Below, piece after piece: positions 20,787-31,047 of a DNA stretch of 64,000 nucleotides (its first letter is position 1; each line of letters starts with the position of its first letter). The notes under the pieces are model-generated. The model made no database searches, was not told the DNA's origin, and worked only from the letters and a program-made list of their open reading frames with translations. Made by a program: the position numbers and the translations under genes. The DNA comes from a candidate division FCPU426 bacterium (GTDB lineage Bacteria > Oederibacteriota > Muellerivitia > Muellerivitales > Muellerivitaceae), in NCBI GenBank assembly GCA_963796105.1, contig CAWCKJ010000003.1, positions 96,001 to 160,000 on the forward strand. Direction: 5' to 3'.

Positions 20787-21419
20787 GTGAGGGAAAAAAT
20801 GGTTTCTTTCCCGTTTGTCCGATGCACCACCGGCTGGTTCGTCGAGCTTTACTTCCGGCCGGAGACTCCCGGGGTCGAAAACATCCCGAAAACCGGACCC
20901 TGCATCATCGCCTCCAACCACGCCAGCAACCTCGACCCCTATATGCTTGGGTACACGATCAAGGAAAGGGAGCTGTATTTCATAGCCAAAGAGGAGCTTT
21001 TTCATAACCCGATCTTCGGCTGGATCATCCGGATGAACAACGCCTTCCCGGTGAAGAGGGGCCAAAGGGACCTGGAGGCCATCCGGAAATTCCATGATTT
21101 CATCCAAACCGGGAAACCCCTGGCAATTTTCATGGAGGGGACCCGCACCCATGACGGCAACCTCCAGCCCCCCAAGAAAGGCGCGGGAAGGCTGATTTAC
21201 GACGCCAAGGCCCCCGTCATTCCCACCTATATCGAGGGGACCTACCAGTCCATGCCCCGGGGCGGTATTTTCCCAAAAAGGGCGCGAATTAAAGTCCACT
21301 ACGGTCCGCCGGTCCCCTTGGATGACCTTTTCGCGGCCCCATCCGAGAAGCCCACTTACATCCGGATCGCGGAACGGGTGATGGAGCATATCGCGAAATT
21401 AAAACCCAAAACAGCCTGA
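20787..21419 (+). CDS. plsC: 1-acyl-sn-glycerol-3-phosphate acyltransferase
   Basis: NHASNLD (HX4D), AKEEL, FMEGTR motifs; upstream of rpsA. Confidence 0.88.
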   Translation: MREKMVSFPFVRCTTGWFVELYFRPETPGVENIPKTGPCIIASNHASNLDPYMLGYTIKERELYFIAKEELFHNPIFGWIIRMNNAFPVKRGQRDLEAIRKFHDFIQTGKPLAIFMEGTRTHDGNLQPPKKGAGRLIYDAKAPVIPTYIEGTYQSMPRGGIFPKRARIKVHYGPPVPLDDLFAAPSEKPTYIRIAERVMEHIAKLKPKTA

Positions 21420-21728
21420 TTTCATCCTACAGCCGTCGATCCATTCATTCCAATGCCATCCCTATCATGAACTCCTGGCGATTTCTTGACCTGATGTGGA
21501 GATTTTCCCTCGTGCCTCTAAAACGTTTTGAAAAAATCCCACCTATGCGTCTTTAAAATCAACGCGTGATTCTAGGAAAAAGCTGATCCTTTCCCTGCGC
21601 GAATAAACCCCTTTTGACCGGGAATTTAAAACGATTAAACCCTTTTTAAGGGCTGAAAAGGTACCACCAGCCATTCTCCTGGTGTAGAATAACCGCTAAA
21701 TTTCATCCCCCTGCCGGGGAGCAAGAAC

Positions 21729-23465
21729 GTGAGGAAAACCATGACGGATTCACCCATTCAAGAAATGACAATGGAAGAACTTTTAAGCTCCGAACAGCGG
21801 GTCGCCCGGGGCCAGGTAGTCACGGGCCAAATCGTGAAAATCGGGGCGGACGATATCGTGGTGGATATCGGCTACAAGACCGAGGGAATCATTCCAAGGG
21901 CCGAGTTCCTGGATATCGCCGGGGAGCTCACGGTCAAGGAGGGCGACAAGGTCGAGGTTTCTGTGGAGCGCATGTCGGATTCCAACGGGAAGATGCGCCT
22001 CTCCAAACGCAACGTGGACCGAAGCAGGGTCTGGCAGAACCTGGAGGAGACCAGCCATTCCGGGGGCGTGATCAAGGGCAGGGTGGTCAAGAAAGTAAAC
22101 GGCGGATGGCGCGTGGACATCGGTACGGTGGAAGCGTTCCTTCCGGCCAGCCAGGTTACCCTCCAAAAGGGGCCGGAGGAAGAGGACCACCTGGAGAAAA
22201 TCTACGAGTTCAAAATCATCAAGCTGGACCGGGCCCGCACCAACGTGGTGCTTTCCCGCAGGCCTGTCCTGGAAATGGCCAGGGACGAGAACCGGATCAA
22301 GAGAATCTCCGAGATCAGTCCCGGGGACATCCTTGAAGGCAAGGTGAAAAACCTGGTCAGCTACGGCGCTTTCGTTGAGTTGAGCGGGGTGGACGGCCTC
22401 CTGCATATCGCGGACCTGGACTGGGGAAGGGTCAACAAGGTCGAGGATTTCGTGAAGCCCAATACCACCATCAAGGTCATGGTGCTCCAGGTGGATAAGG
22501 AAAAAGGCAAAATTTCCTTGGGTATCAAGCAGATGACGCCTGATCCCTGGACCGACGCAGACAAGAAATACCGGGAAGGGCAGATCGTGGACGTGGAAGT
22601 GACCCACCTGGTGGATTACGGCGTTTTCCTGAAGACGGAGGACAACCTGGAAGGCTTCTGCCACATGACGGAGCTGACCTGGTCGAAGAAACCGAAAAAA
22701 CCCTCGGAGATCCTGAAGCAGGGGGAAAAGCGGCAGGCCCAGATCATCGAGATCGATTTCGAGAAGCGCAAGATCAACTTCAGCTTCAAACGCCTGGAAA
22801 AAAGCCCCTGGGAAAACGTCTCGGCCCATTATCCCATCGGCTCCAATGTCCAGGCCACCGTGACCAACACAGCCGAGTTCGGGGTTTTCCTGGAAATCGG
22901 GGAGGGCCTGGAGGGCCTCCTGCACCAATCCGACATCACCTGGGACAAGAGGGTCAAGAACCCCCAAAAGGAATACAAGGCCGGGCAGGTCCTCACGGTT
23001 AAAGTCCTGGCCATTGATACCGAGAAAAAGAGGATATCCCTGGGGTTGAGGCAGGTGGAGGGGGACCCTTGGGACAAGGTCGAGGAAAAATACCAGCCAG
23101 GCCAGGTGCTGACCGGGAAAATAGCCCGAGTCGTGGAGTTTGGGGCTTTTTTGGAGCTGGAAAAGAACATCGAGGGGCTGATCCACAAGACCGAGATATC
23201 CAACCCGCCTCCCAAAAAGACCGAGGACGCCTTAAAACCGGGGGACGAGGTGACCTTCAAAGTCGTCTCAGTCGATACAGGAAAGCGGCGGATCGGATTG
23301 AGCATCAAGGCCTTGGCGAAAGCGGCCGGTCAAAAGGATGCTAAGGAAGGCGAGGCGCCGAGCGAGGAGCATGTGATTCACCACAAGACCAACGCCTTCC
23401 AGAAGATGCTCAAAAAATTCCTCAAGAAGGTCAAGACTGAGGAAGACGATGACGACGATTATTGA
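21729..23465 (+). CDS. rpsA: 30S ribosomal protein S1
   Basis: Six S1 domains (DIGYKTEG, AFLPASQ, YGAFVEL..VDGLLH, FGVFLE...EGLLH, FGAFLE...EGLIH). Confidence 0.97.
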   Translation: MRKTMTDSPIQEMTMEELLSSEQRVARGQVVTGQIVKIGADDIVVDIGYKTEGIIPRAEFLDIAGELTVKEGDKVEVSVERMSDSNGKMRLSKRNVDRSRVWQNLEETSHSGGVIKGRVVKKVNGGWRVDIGTVEAFLPASQVTLQKGPEEEDHLEKIYEFKIIKLDRARTNVVLSRRPVLEMARDENRIKRISEISPGDILEGKVKNLVSYGAFVELSGVDGLLHIADLDWGRVNKVEDFVKPNTTIKVMVLQVDKEKGKISLGIKQMTPDPWTDADKKYREGQIVDVEVTHLVDYGVFLKTEDNLEGFCHMTELTWSKKPKKPSEILKQGEKRQAQIIEIDFEKRKINFSFKRLEKSPWENVSAHYPIGSNVQATVTNTAEFGVFLEIGEGLEGLLHQSDITWDKRVKNPQKEYKAGQVLTVKVLAIDTEKKRISLGLRQVEGDPWDKVEEKYQPGQVLTGKIARVVEFGAFLELEKNIEGLIHKTEISNPPPKKTEDALKPGDEVTFKVVSVDTGKRRIGLSIKALAKAAGQKDAKEGEAPSEEHVIHHKTNAFQKMLKKFLKKVKTEEDDDDDY

Positions 23466-23623
23466 ATTGGACGCTTGTTAAAAGCCGGCCGGCGCGGGTA
23501 ACCAGGATGCTTGGTTCGCGAGTGAAAGATCGTTTCGGAGGCTCGTTCTCCGCGCGTCGGCTTGGGCCGGATGGTTTGACGATGACGGTAGCAGAAATTC
23601 CCGCGAAAAGTACCCACCGTTCC

Positions 23624-26600
23624 ATGAAAATGAACAATAGAAAGACTAACGTTGAAAAAAAACGGGCCGCGATACCGCGCGGGATTTTTTTCTGCGGACT
23701 GCTTCTTCCGATTTTAATCCTTTCCATTCCCGTCATCCTCTCGGCGGCCGGCATCGAGGCTCCGAAGCCATTGGAGGAGGGGAGGGCTCTCCTGAAAGCC
23801 AGGGCCTACCACCTAGCCATGGAGCGGTTTCTCCTGGTGGAGGAAAAAAGCGAGAGTTCCCTGGAAAGGGCCATGGCCCTGAGATTCATCGGGGAAACCG
23901 AGTTCCGCGAGAAGGATTACGCGGCCGCTTACCAGGCCTACCAACAGTCCCTCCGCCTGAACCCCCTTTTTACGGGGGCCTTGGCCCTGGAGTTCAAATC
24001 CGCCGTCGCCTTGGTTTACCTCAAGAACTATCCCACGGCCGTCTCGAAGTTCCAGGAACTGGAAAAGAAGGCCTATGAGCCAAACTCCCTCTCCGACTTG
24101 TACTTTTGGGAGGCGGAATGCCATTTTCAGCTGGAGAAATACGACCTGGCGGGCGAGAAATACGGAAAGATCCTGAAGGACAATCCAGGCTATCAGTATC
24201 GGGACCTCGTGCGTTACCTCCAATCCTGGTGTTTCTTCCAGCAGGAGGATTACGACAAGGCCCTGGAAGGATTCCACCAGACCCTGGGCTCCACGGGCGA
24301 CAAGTCCCTCAAAAAACTGGCTTTGTTCCAGACCGGGGAAACCCAGTTCCGGATGGGCCGTTACTCGGACGCGGAGGGAACCTACCAGGAATTCCTGAAG
24401 AATTATCCCGATGACTTTCTAACCGTGGCGGCCCTTTACGGCCTGGGCTGGGTCTTCGGCAAGGAGGAGGACCATGAGCAAGCCGCCAAGAGTTTCGAGA
24501 AGGTCATTTCCGAATATCCCGACCACCCCCTGGCGCCCTGGGCCGCCGTAAGGGCGGGAACCGAGCAGAAGGCCCTGGGCCTTTTGGACAAGGCCCGGAA
24601 GGACTACAACTGGGGGCTGGATTCCTCCCCGGACCAATCACCGGCGGACCTGCTGGAATACGGCCTGGGATGGCTGGATTACGCGGACCAGAAATTCTCC
24701 GACGCCGGGAAACATTTTTCCGCGGTTGAGCATTTCCCCCAGGGAAGCGCCCTGAAGTGGGACGCGGCCTACCTGGAAGCGGGATGCCTTTACCAGGACG
24801 GCAAGTTCGACGAGGCCAGGGCGGATTACGGGAAGCTGAGGAGCCAGGCGCCCGCCAACCTCTCCGCAGACGCCGCCTATTGGGAAGGCTGGTGCGATTA
24901 CGCCAACGGCAAGTTCGACCTGGCTTTCGAGCAGTTCCGGCGTCTTTCCAAAACGGCACAAGGCGAGCTCCAGTCCCGGTCCCTCTGGGCGTCCGCGGAA
25001 ACGGCCTACCAGCTGCAGAAATACGATGAGGCCTCCAAGCTTTACGAGGCGGCCATGGAAAGCCATCCCTCGGCCACCATCACCCAGCAGTGCTATTCCG
25101 GCGTGGGTTGGAGCCTGTTCCAGGAGGAAAAATTCGAGGAAGCCCTGGCCCAATTCAAGAAAGCCGCACAGAAAAACCCCGATTCCCCCCTGGCGCTGGA
25201 GGCCCAGATCCGCTGCGGGGATTGTTATTACAATCTCCACGATTACGAGAAGGCACGGGAGTCCTACCAGAAGATCCTCGACGGGAAGGCCGGACCGCCC
25301 TACTCGCTCGACGCGGGGGAACAGCTGGGATGGTGCGATTACCGCCAGGAAAAATACCAGCAGGCCATCTATGACTGGGCCCTCCTCCTGAAAAAGAACG
25401 GCACCGAGGACCGACAGGCCCGCCTCACCTATTGGACCGCCTGGGCCTACTTCCGGGAAAAGAGGTTCCAGGACGCCCAGGAGGAATTCCAGAAAGTCGA
25501 GGCGGATTTTCCCAAGGACCCCCTCGCCCCCGAGGCCCATCTCCGGTCCGCCGACTGCCTTTTCAACCTCAAGAAGTTCAAGGAGGCTAAGGAAGCCTAC
25601 AAAAGCTTCCTCGCGGCTTATCCGGACCACTCGCTCCTTCCCGACGCGCTCTACGGACTGCAATGGTCCGCGGATAAGCTGGGCGAAAAGGGAGAGGTCA
25701 ACGCGGCCGCGGGGGAGTTCCTGGAAAAATTCCCCGCCAGCCGCTACGCCCCGGACGTTCAGTACCGCCTCGCGGACAGCCTGTTCCACGACCAGAAGTT
25801 CCCGCAGGCCGTCGAGGCCTTTAGGACACTCCTGAAAAAGTACCCGGACAGCACAGAGGCGCCCCGGGCCCTCTTCTGGCTGGGCGAGGCCCTCGTAAAG
25901 AACGACCAAAACGCGGAGGCTTTCCCGGTATTCCAGGAACTGCTGAAAAAGTACCCGGAGGACCCCCTGGCCCTGGAGGGGCAGTTCAGCCTGGGATCGC
26001 TGTATTTCGAGTCCAAGAACTACGCCAAGGCCCTGGAAACCTACACCCGTATTTTCCAGAACTACCCGGACCACCGCCTGGCCCCCCACTCCCTCTTCAA
26101 CAGCGCGGTCTGCGAGAACAAGATCGGGCACCCGGACAAGGCGCTCCAGGATTTCAAAATGCTCATGACGGACTATCCCCTGGATCCCCTGGCCCAGGAG
26201 GCCGGCATGAACGCCGGCATCCTGCTGGAGAACCTGGGCAAGCTGGACGAGGCCCTCAAGGCCTACGAGCTTTGCATGAAATCGCCCGACGAGAAACTCG
26301 CGGTGGAGGCGACCTACTACCACGCCGGGATTTTAAAGAAGCAGAAAAAATACGCCGACGCGGTGCAGGAATTCAACAAGATCACCCTGGATTACCGCAA
26401 GGAGAGCCAGTGGGTGCTGGTTTCCTTCGCCGCCATGGCGGAGTGCTATGAGCAATTGAAGGAGTATGACAAGGCCGCGTCCACCTACCGCCGAATCCTG
26501 AAATACACCAAGGTCAAGCAGTACACCACGGCAACCCTGAAACGCCTGAAGGCCCTGGAGCCTTTCTTGAAAAAGAAACCCAAGAAGGCCGTGAAACACC

Positions 26601-26632
26601 ATGCCGCGGCCCCGGCGGGGGATGCCCCATGA
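23624..26632 (+). CDS. Giant periplasmic TPR protein (BamD/CpoB-type repeats), ~1000 aa
   Basis: Basic N-terminus plus hydrophobic signal from ATG 23624; many repeats like YPDSTEAPRALFWLGE, YPDHPLAP, FPKDPLAPEA; stop overlaps next start (ATGA). Confidence 0.85.
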   Translation: MKMNNRKTNVEKKRAAIPRGIFFCGLLLPILILSIPVILSAAGIEAPKPLEEGRALLKARAYHLAMERFLLVEEKSESSLERAMALRFIGETEFREKDYAAAYQAYQQSLRLNPLFTGALALEFKSAVALVYLKNYPTAVSKFQELEKKAYEPNSLSDLYFWEAECHFQLEKYDLAGEKYGKILKDNPGYQYRDLVRYLQSWCFFQQEDYDKALEGFHQTLGSTGDKSLKKLALFQTGETQFRMGRYSDAEGTYQEFLKNYPDDFLTVAALYGLGWVFGKEEDHEQAAKSFEKVISEYPDHPLAPWAAVRAGTEQKALGLLDKARKDYNWGLDSSPDQSPADLLEYGLGWLDYADQKFSDAGKHFSAVEHFPQGSALKWDAAYLEAGCLYQDGKFDEARADYGKLRSQAPANLSADAAYWEGWCDYANGKFDLAFEQFRRLSKTAQGELQSRSLWASAETAYQLQKYDEASKLYEAAMESHPSATITQQCYSGVGWSLFQEEKFEEALAQFKKAAQKNPDSPLALEAQIRCGDCYYNLHDYEKARESYQKILDGKAGPPYSLDAGEQLGWCDYRQEKYQQAIYDWALLLKKNGTEDRQARLTYWTAWAYFREKRFQDAQEEFQKVEADFPKDPLAPEAHLRSADCLFNLKKFKEAKEAYKSFLAAYPDHSLLPDALYGLQWSADKLGEKGEVNAAAGEFLEKFPASRYAPDVQYRLADSLFHDQKFPQAVEAFRTLLKKYPDSTEAPRALFWLGEALVKNDQNAEAFPVFQELLKKYPEDPLALEGQFSLGSLYFESKNYAKALETYTRIFQNYPDHRLAPHSLFNSAVCENKIGHPDKALQDFKMLMTDYPLDPLAQEAGMNAGILLENLGKLDEALKAYELCMKSPDEKLAVEATYYHAGILKKQKKYADAVQEFNKITLDYRKESQWVLVSFAAMAECYEQLKEYDKAASTYRRILKYTKVKQYTTATLKRLKALEPFLKKKPKKAVKHHAAAPAGDAP

Positions 26633-28464
26633 ACCATTCCCGTTTTTTCCTCCTTGAGAGTCTCCTGACCCTCGGGCTTTTACTGGCAGTTCCGTCTTTT
26701 TTAACGGCGCAGAAAACGGACGCGGCCGCCGCCCCCGAGACGGAAACCATTCCCGCTGAACCGGCCTCCCTCTCACAGCCCGTGACGGCGCCGGCGGAGG
26801 GGATCCCGGGAAGCCAGGCCCCCGGCCCCGGACAAAAACCCTCCCAAGGGGAGGGGGAAAAAGCCCCTGCGCAAAGCCGCCCCACGGCGGTTCCCGAGTT
26901 CGCGCTGCCGGAGGTGGTGATTACGGGAGAGAACGAGCTGACCATCGGGGCGAACCGTTTGGACCGGAAAGAAAACGACGTGACACTGGGAACCAGGGAC
27001 TTGACCGGGTTCGAGCGGACTTTCAACGACCTTCCCGGCTTGAACAAGACCTTGACCGCCCTTTCCACCGAGGAGGCCGGCCCCTCCAAGAACACCGCGC
27101 TGGTCCTTCACTTGGGCGGAGGAATTCCTGACACTTACGGGGGATGGGGTCTTTTCGGCCAAGAATTCAAGGGACTGCAGTACCTGCTTTCGGGCTATTA
27201 CTCCAACTGGGGAGGCCAGTCCGCGGGAACGGGCCTCGACGGGGACCAGAAAGCCGGAGGGGAATTGGGATTCCAGATTTCCCCGAGGGGCTCTCCCGCG
27301 ATCAAATTGACCGCGGGATACGACAGGGTGGACGCGGAACTGCCTTATCAGAATTCCATCCGGGAACTGCATGAGGGCTGGAACTTCGGGGGAAGCCTGG
27401 ATTGGAGGCTCACCAGCCTGTTCATGGGCCAGGTGAAAATTACCTACCGGGACATATCCTTGAACTGCTTAGAACCTCGTCCACTTCCCCTTCTTCAACT
27501 CCAAACCAACAGCACCGGGGAGCTGGAAGGCGCTTTTAAGATGACAGCCGACGATATCGGCCCTTTCCTGAGCCGGTTTGTCCTGGACGCGGGGGGCCGC
27601 CACGCTTCCTCCGATTTCCCGACCGCCTGGGAGACCAGCTATGACTGGGGCTGGGCTGGTTTCCAGGCCGATTTCAAGGCGGGAGAAACCCTGGATCTCG
27701 TCGCGAAACTTCAGGCCCAGGGAGGCGGTGGATTGGACCTGCCGTTGAACCTATATCCGGTGGCGGACCTGAATTGGAGGGTCTTTGAGAGCAGCAAACT
27801 CGACCTCTACTGGAAAAGGGACCGCTACATCGACGGAATGAGCAATAATTTCCTGGGGACCGAGCACATCAGCCTATGGGGAGGTTTCCCTTCTCCCACG
27901 GAAATAACCGACGAGTGGGGCGGACGCCTGACCCAAAAGCTCAACGAGAGGTTCATCCTTTCATTGGCAGCCTCCACAGCCCTGATCAACGGATACCATG
28001 AGTGGTCGGATCTCAAACCTGGAAACCCGGATTACATCCAAACCTATTCCACGCTTAATCAGGTCCGGATTCAAAGGGCGGGGCTCGATATCCAATGGAA
28101 TTTCGCCAAGGATTACCAGGCCGCGGCTGCCTTTCAATGGACCGGATCCGAAAACACCGGGGGGGACGGGAAGAACCTGACGAACCTGCCGGCCGGCAAG
28201 GGGGTCCTCTCCATTTACCGCGGAAACGAGAAATTGGAGGCGAGGATGGAATTGGAACTTGCGTCCAGCCGCAACGCCTATGACACGGGGAGCGCGATCC
28301 TGCCGGCCTACGCGGCATTGAACCTGGACGCGGCCTACCATTGGACCAAGACCTTCTCCCTCTGGTTGAAAGGCGACAATTTAACGGGAACGGACTATGA
28401 GCTTCAGCCTGGATATTCCGAGCCCCAGTACCATCTCCGCGGAGGGGTGGAAATCATCTTCTGA
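26629..28464 (+). CDS. Outer-membrane beta-barrel, TonB-dependent-receptor-like
   Basis: Signal peptide; Pro-rich linker; TonB-box-like LPEVVITG; TBDR-like end LPAYAALNLDAAY...GDNLT..Y...GY...LRGGVEIIF with terminal Phe. Confidence 0.72.
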   Translation: MNHSRFFLLESLLTLGLLLAVPSFLTAQKTDAAAAPETETIPAEPASLSQPVTAPAEGIPGSQAPGPGQKPSQGEGEKAPAQSRPTAVPEFALPEVVITGENELTIGANRLDRKENDVTLGTRDLTGFERTFNDLPGLNKTLTALSTEEAGPSKNTALVLHLGGGIPDTYGGWGLFGQEFKGLQYLLSGYYSNWGGQSAGTGLDGDQKAGGELGFQISPRGSPAIKLTAGYDRVDAELPYQNSIRELHEGWNFGGSLDWRLTSLFMGQVKITYRDISLNCLEPRPLPLLQLQTNSTGELEGAFKMTADDIGPFLSRFVLDAGGRHASSDFPTAWETSYDWGWAGFQADFKAGETLDLVAKLQAQGGGGLDLPLNLYPVADLNWRVFESSKLDLYWKRDRYIDGMSNNFLGTEHISLWGGFPSPTEITDEWGGRLTQKLNERFILSLAASTALINGYHEWSDLKPGNPDYIQTYSTLNQVRIQRAGLDIQWNFAKDYQAAAAFQWTGSENTGGDGKNLTNLPAGKGVLSIYRGNEKLEARMELELASSRNAYDTGSAILPAYAALNLDAAYHWTKTFSLWLKGDNLTGTDYELQPGYSEPQYHLRGGVEIIF

Positions 28465-28518
28465 GTTTATCGAGCCTGATTTGAAAAAAAGAGAACGGCT
28501 GGGTGTAAGGTCCGACTT

Positions 28519-28878
28519 TTAAGGGACTGCCGTGACGGGGGATTTGGCCTCGGTACCTTCAGTGGGGAGTCCCGCTTCCGACCATTCCAGGATGCCTCCG
28601 GGATAGTTCTCCGCCTGCATGCCTTGCTCCTTCAATACCACGGCAGCGTTGTGGCTCGACAGGGAATCCGACCGGCTGGCGCCGTAGGTGATGAAGAACC
28701 TTCCCTTGCCGTATTTTTTCTCAACGGCCAGCACGAAGCTCCGGACATTCTGCCCGAAGGCGATGAAGTCCGATCCCTTGATGTGGAGTTTCTCAAAATC
28801 GCTTTTGGGAAGGACGCCCAACAGCACCGTGTTGGCGTTTTTGAGTTTTTTTAAAACTGTTTCCTTCGACATGGCCAT
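28519..28878 (-). CDS. Single-domain rhodanese-like protein lacking the active-site Cys
   Basis: FEKLHIKGS, ITYG (usually YC), YPGGILEWSEAGLPTE. Confidence 0.75.
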   Translation of the reverse strand: MAMSKETVLKKLKNANTVLLGVLPKSDFEKLHIKGSDFIAFGQNVRSFVLAVEKKYGKGRFFITYGASRSDSLSSHNAAVVLKEQGMQAENYPGGILEWSEAGLPTEGTEAKSPVTAVP

Positions 28879-29126
28879 GCTCCGCCTCTTTCCCCAACCC
28901 TCACCCCAATGATTCTAGACCTTTGCGGGGAAATTAGCAGAAGAAAGAGAAAATAAATATGCGTGTCGGGCGGGCCAATAGGCCGGGTTTTCCCGATTTG
29001 AGCCGGAGGGATCCAACCCGGTCCAGGGTACGGAGGGGTCAGGTTTACCCTGGAGCGTTATGCGGTGGTTGTGCTACCCTTGACGGGTTGGTATAGGCCT
29101 TTCGTTTTAATTTCCGGGAGGGTTCA

Positions 29127-29741
29127 ATGGCGCAAGATTTTTCTCTTTTCGAGGTGATCTCAAAGGGCGGGTGGACCATCGGCTTTTTGTTCCTCATGTC
29201 GATCGTGGTGTTCGCCGTTCTTTTCGAGAGGCTGAGCTTTTACCGCAAAAACCTGAGGGGGCGCGAGGAGGTCCTGGCGGGCCTGGAATCCTTCCTCAAC
29301 AAGGGCAACCTTCACGAGAGCCTCGAAGCCTGCGACCGGGACGGGACATTCCTGGCCAAGGTGGTCCAGGCGGGATTGAGGGCGAAACTGGAGAAGACAG
29401 GGCCCTCGGAATGCATGGAACGGGAGGCCAAGATACAGCTTTTAAGGCTGGAAAAACGCCTGCCCCTCCTGGCGACCATCGGAAGCACCGCCCCCTTCGT
29501 GGGATTGTTCGGGACCGTCCTGGGAATCATCAGGGCCTTCCGCGATTTGGCCGCCGCCAACAGCGGGGGAGCCGCGGTGGTGTCCCAAGGGATCGCCGAG
29601 GCCCTGGTGGCCACGGCCTCCGGACTCTTCGTGGCCATCACCGCCGTGTTCATCTATAACTGGTTCCAAAGCAAGATCAACGCCATGGCGCTGGAGGCGG
29701 AAATCGTGGTCTCGGAAATAGCCGAAAGGCTGGGGGCCTGA
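29127..29741 (+). CDS. MotA/TolQ/ExbB proton channel protein
   Basis: LATIGSTAPFVGLFGTVLGIIRAF...GIAEALVATASGL. Confidence 0.95.
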   Translation: MAQDFSLFEVISKGGWTIGFLFLMSIVVFAVLFERLSFYRKNLRGREEVLAGLESFLNKGNLHESLEACDRDGTFLAKVVQAGLRAKLEKTGPSECMEREAKIQLLRLEKRLPLLATIGSTAPFVGLFGTVLGIIRAFRDLAAANSGGAAVVSQGIAEALVATASGLFVAITAVFIYNWFQSKINAMALEAEIVVSEIAERLGA

Positions 29742-29744
29742 GAC

Positions 29745-30221
29745 ATGGAATCCCGCCTCAGGCCCAAGGCCAAGCTGATGTCCGAGATCAACATGGTGCC
29801 TTTCACCGACGTGGTTCTGGTTTTGCTGGTGATCTTCATGGTCACCACCCCTTTCCTGTTCCAAGGCGCCTTCCAGGTGAAGCTTCCCAAAGTGGCGGCG
29901 CCTTCCCCGAATCTGCCTGAAACCTTCACCATCACGATCGCCCAGGGGGACAAGGTTTACGTCAACGACAAGGAAACCAGCATGGACGACCTCCAGGGCA
30001 AGTTGAAGGATTTGATCGCCCGGAAACCCGGATCCCTGGTCATGATTAACGCCGACAAAAACGTGTCCCACGGGACGGTCATGGGCGTCATGTCGGAGGC
30101 TTACCAGGCTGGAATCACAAAGGTGGGGGTGGCTGTCGAGATCGCGAATAACCCGGGGGCGCCCGTTACCGCGGGTATTCCACCAGCCAATAGGGCCCAA
30201 GCCCCCGTATCCGTGAAGTAA
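29745..30221 (+). CDS. ExbD/TolR family protein
   Basis: EINMVPFTDVVLVLLVIFMVT with conserved TM Asp; INAD motif. Confidence 0.95.
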   Translation: MESRLRPKAKLMSEINMVPFTDVVLVLLVIFMVTTPFLFQGAFQVKLPKVAAPSPNLPETFTITIAQGDKVYVNDKETSMDDLQGKLKDLIARKPGSLVMINADKNVSHGTVMGVMSEAYQAGITKVGVAVEIANNPGAPVTAGIPPANRAQAPVSVK

Positions 30222-30270
30222 CAGCTGTTCAATCAGCCGGGAACCGGCTTGATTTCATGAGGAATGACAG

Positions 30271-31047
30271 ATGGACCGTGAGTTTCAAAAATCCATTTTT
30301 TACTCGGCCCTGTTCCACGCGCTTCTCTTCCTGATTTTTTTCCTGTTGTACCGTTCCTTCATCCTGGTGCGCACGCCCCTGCTGATGGACCTGACCCTGA
30401 TCGGGGAAATGTCGCAAGGCCAGGGCATGGGATCGCCGGCGCCCCACGCGGGAGCGGAACCAGGCCAAATGCCGCCGGCCCAAACCGCCGGTGAATTCTC
30501 GACCCCCCGGAAGGAAGCGGCGAAACCCCCGGTCCCGAATCACGAAAAACCCGAAGCCGCGGTTAAAAAGCCCTCGAAACCCAAGCTTCATTCCGGGAAC
30601 GCCAGCTCCGAATCCTACCTTGAAAGTTTGGAAAAGAAAGCCCCCATCGGGTTCAACATCAAAAAAGACGTCACTGGCGATATCAAGACCACCGCCGGTT
30701 TGGGCCAGGCAGGCGTGGCGGGGACTCCCGAAGGGAACCCCCAAATCGAGGGGGAACTGGCGGCCAGGAGCATCAAGCGCAGGGTGAATCCGGCCTACCC
30801 GGATTGGGCCAAAAAGCAGGGGATTGAGGCCACTGTGCGGTTCCATTTGACGGTGATGCCCAACGGTTTGTTGAAGGATGAACTGGATCTCGAGCAGACC
30901 TCGGGTTACCGCGAACTCGACCGAGTGGTGTACGAGGCCCTGATCCAATGGGAATTCGAGCCCCTGCCGCCGGAATTGCCCCAGGTGGACCAGTCCGGAA
31001 TCATCACCTTCACATTCAGCCTCAATAACGCCTCCTCCTTCCCATGA
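30271..31047 (+). CDS. TonB/TolA-family energy transducer
   Basis: N-terminal TM with SALFH (SHLS-type), Pro/Lys-rich linker, TonB_C domain PAYPDWAKKQGIEATV...SGYRELD...WEFEP. Confidence 0.9.
   Translation: MDREFQKSIFYSALFHALLFLIFFLLYRSFILVRTPLLMDLTLIGEMSQGQGMGSPAPHAGAEPGQMPPAQTAGEFSTPRKEAAKPPVPNHEKPEAAVKKPSKPKLHSGNASSESYLESLEKKAPIGFNIKKDVTGDIKTTAGLGQAGVAGTPEGNPQIEGELAARSIKRRVNPAYPDWAKKQGIEATVRFHLTVMPNGLLKDELDLEQTSGYRELDRVVYEALIQWEFEPLPPELPQVDQSGIITFTFSLNNASSFP

Noticed and set aside
21783..26323. Long antisense ORFs (467 aa at 21783..23186; 561 aa at 24638..26323)
   Set aside because: Shadows of rpsA and the TPR gene caused by high GC3 codon bias; no recognisable motifs.
29022..29054. Riboswitch upstream of exbB (stem TCCAGGGTA/TACCCTGGA)
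   Set aside because: A single 9-bp stem without recognisable cobalamin, TPP or other aptamer motifs; insufficient support.
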